From IMG/VR virus record IMGVR_UViG_3300027808_002177, positions 15,243 to 79,242 of that record: a DNA stretch of 64,000 nt. One strand, 5' to 3'. Source of the DNA: a virus (Duplodnaviria; Heunggongvirae; Uroviricota; Caudoviricetes). The position numbers and the translations under genes were made by a program. Within the stretch, counting starts at the first letter, position 1. Every line of letters begins with the position of its first letter. A model generated the notes under the pieces. That model saw nothing but the letters and a program-made list of their open reading frames with translations. It ran no database searches and was not told where the DNA came from. Below are positions 62,368-64,000 of the stretch, in pieces.

Positions 62368-64000
62368 TATATGTAAGATACCTCAACTCTGATATTACCA
62401 GTAGCAGTGTTGCTTGGTATGTTGACAACTACATCTTCACGAACTGTAGTCATCAAGTCAGAATCAACTGTGTATGTTCCTGTTTTACTTGAACCGTGTT
62501 GACTAAATTGCCAAACAGTATTACTACCAACATTGATAGCAAAGTCTGGTGCATTGACTAAATCTTGTAATACTGTTACGCTTACATTTAAGATTCGACG
62601 ATCTTCGCTGACAGTACCAATTGTGGTCGTGGCCCCTGGTAATGCGATTGCTTGTTCTATTGTTCTGGCATCAACTGCAACGCTGCGCTCTCCGCCAATC
62701 TTGATCCAGGCGGCGCCGTCAAACAAGAACAACGCCCACTCGCCGTTGCCATCATCCAGCACATGGGCCTGATCGCCTACTAATGCATACAGTGCTTCCC
62801 TGCCGCCTATTGTTGGAACCACAGTAGTTGTACTTGAACGCAGGCCTTGTTCAATGTTTAAGCCCAGTGCATAGCGACCAGTTTGTCCACTCATTACACC
62901 TACGCTACTCAGGAACGATCCCTGAATGTCTCGAATTGTAATTGGGCCACCATCTAAGCGTTCTAGTCTTAGTGTATGTGTTGTACCGCTTGCTACAGTT
63001 AACAATGGCAAACTTGATACTGATGCAGGACCTGCAAAGTTATTTCCATTAACATCGGCCGTTACGTTAACAATAACAATATCCTGGCCAGCAGTGTTTG
63101 TTAATTGCAAGTTACTGCCATTGGCAACGCTGGCAACAATGTCAGGAATAGCAGCTTGATTAATATCTATTACCATGTCATTTACGTCAGCAATTGCAGG
63201 ATCGCCGTAAGCAACGCTACCGCTTGTTGTTGTGGTAAATGTCACTAACTCGCCATTGATAGTGGCACTAAAAGGACTATAACCAGCAACAATGCCATAC
63301 GCACTGCCAATGCCTGCAACATCAGATTCCACAACAGTGGCTGCACCTACTTTGATTGCAGTTATGTAATGTAGATTTGTATTGGCATTGAACGTGGCAA
63401 CTGCATCATCTAAGTTGTAAGTACCTGCACCGCTGCCTAGGGTCATTTGCACACGATTAAATTCTACAACATCACCATCTGTGCCTGTTGGATCTACTGA
63501 GGTACCGGTTGTTGAACTGGTAATGGCTGCTGCCACCTTCATGTAGATAGGTCGACGGCTTGCGTCATTGGTTGTTAAATCACCCGAACCATCCATGCTG
63601 GGATAAATGTAGTCGCCTACTGAGCCTGGCAAGTTAGGAACAAAATCAATAACTCCGTTGGCAGGACGTAGAATAAATTGATTTGGGCCCGGCCCTGGAT
63701 GTACGACAGTTCCAATGAACTTGTTTACGTTATCGGCATCACTTAGTACAAACTGTTCATCTTCAATACAGATAGCATCACCTTGTTCAAAGCCGTTGTT
63801 TGGCTTTTCCAACAAGTAGTTGATAAGCGGATTCAAATACTGGAAACGACTCATCACGTTACTGGCAAAGTCAACTGCTGCTTCACCGGGAACTGGATCC
63901 AACATTGGATATCCAAGTTCGTTAATTTGGAAGAAGATAACTTGTCCCGGTGCTGTAAACAGGCCAAAGCCTGCTGGGTCGCGGAATGTGTTGTAGCGCA
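62367..64000 (-). CDS. tail fibre/structural protein, probably 5'-truncated by window edge
   Basis: Gly/Thr/Val-rich beta-type sequence. The frame stays open upstream of the annotated ATG 63905 (..RYNTFRDPAGFGLFTAPGQVIFFQINELGYP-M..) all the way to the window end. Confidence 0.5.
   Translation of the reverse strand, partial: RYNTFRDPAGFGLFTAPGQVIFFQINELGYPMLDPVPGEAAVDFASNVMSRFQYLNPLINYLLEKPNNGFEQGDAICIEDEQFVLSDADNVNKFIGTVVHPGPGPNQFILRPANGVIDFVPNLPGSVGDYIYPSMDGSGDLTTNDASRRPIYMKVAAAITSSTTGTSVDPTGTDGDVVEFNRVQMTLGSGAGTYNLDDAVATFNANTNLHYITAIKVGAATVVESDVAGIGSAYGIVAGYSPFSATINGELVTFTTTTSGSVAYGDPAIADVNDMVIDINQAAIPDIVASVANGSNLQLTNTAGQDIVIVNVTADVNGNNFAGPASVSSLPLLTVASGTTHTLRLERLDGGPITIRDIQGSFLSSVGVMSGQTGRYALGLNIEQGLRSSTTTVVPTIGGREALYALVGDQAHVLDDGNGEWALFLFDGAAWIKIGGERSVAVDARTIEQAIALPGATTTIGTVSEDRRILNVSVTVLQDLVNAPDFAINVGSNTVWQFSQHGSSKTGTYTVDSDLMTTVREDVVVNIPSNTATGNIRVEVSYI

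Noticed and set aside
1-64000. tRNA genes, CRISPR arrays, transposases/integrases
   Set aside because: No T-loop-like GGTTCGAATCC elements in intergenic regions and no repeat-spacer periodicity. No DDE or tyrosine-recombinase motifs in any ORF.
1-64000. Interpretation as ordinary bacterial chromosome rather than phage
   Set aside because: Several features favour a viral or prophage origin. These are the uniform strand polarity, pervasive ATGA overlaps, the GH19 endolysin, the giant coiled-coil virion-type protein, the paralogous tail-fibre genes, and the absence of housekeeping genes across 64 kb. A prophage within a chromosome cannot be excluded.

Overview
The window reads as about 64 kb of a large tailed dsDNA phage genome, or possibly a prophage. 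It is densely packed and almost all genes are on the minus strand. Many gene pairs show ATGA-type start/stop overlaps, and the minus-strand genes end in rho-independent terminators. Small plus-strand islands sit at 5664-7327, 22339-23354 and 54886-55158. Phage hallmarks are a free GH19 endolysin, a second GH19 domain on a large putative virion protein, a 1493-aa coiled-coil virion or ejection-like protein, an S8 peptidase, and tail-fibre genes with Gly-rich repeats at the right edge. Lipobox lipoproteins, a type IV pilin-like gene and an outer-membrane CsgG imply a Gram-negative host. GC content is roughly 40-45 percent. No rRNA, tRNA, CRISPR array or transposase was recognised. The accessory content is unusually rich, and the main items follow.

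1. A complete-looking curli amyloid secretion and assembly operon, the most striking item: CsgF-like and CsgG genes, two curlin-repeat CsgA/B-like subunits, and a secreted FecR-like protein with a curlin-like tail.
2. A membrane CHASE2-sensor class III adenylyl/guanylyl cyclase next to a 670-nt ORF-free region with a perfect palindrome.
3. A glycan or nucleotide-sugar modification module: a cytidylyltransferase-cupin fusion, an NMO-like oxidoreductase, a UDP-sugar dehydrogenase fusion, a GT-like domain shared by two proteins, and two radical SAM enzymes (one class B, B12-binding).
4. A tandem array of about 11 small paralogous genes with a conserved C-terminal motif.
5. A peptide-ligase-like set: an AIG2/GGCT cyclotransferase, an amidoligase-like acidic protein and a GNAT-fold protein.
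6. A shared N-terminal 'M-x-[LI]-R-E-L-[LI]' leader on three large proteins, possibly a virion-packaging signal.
7. A pilin-like protein, an SPFH lipoprotein, a papain-like protease, a LuxR regulator, GIY-YIG, TauD, UvdE, nitroreductase, thioesterase and GNAT genes.
8. A Gly/Tyr low-complexity micro-protein with a strong RBS.

ORF-track starts include non-ATG codons, so several starts were re-placed by eye and remain uncertain.
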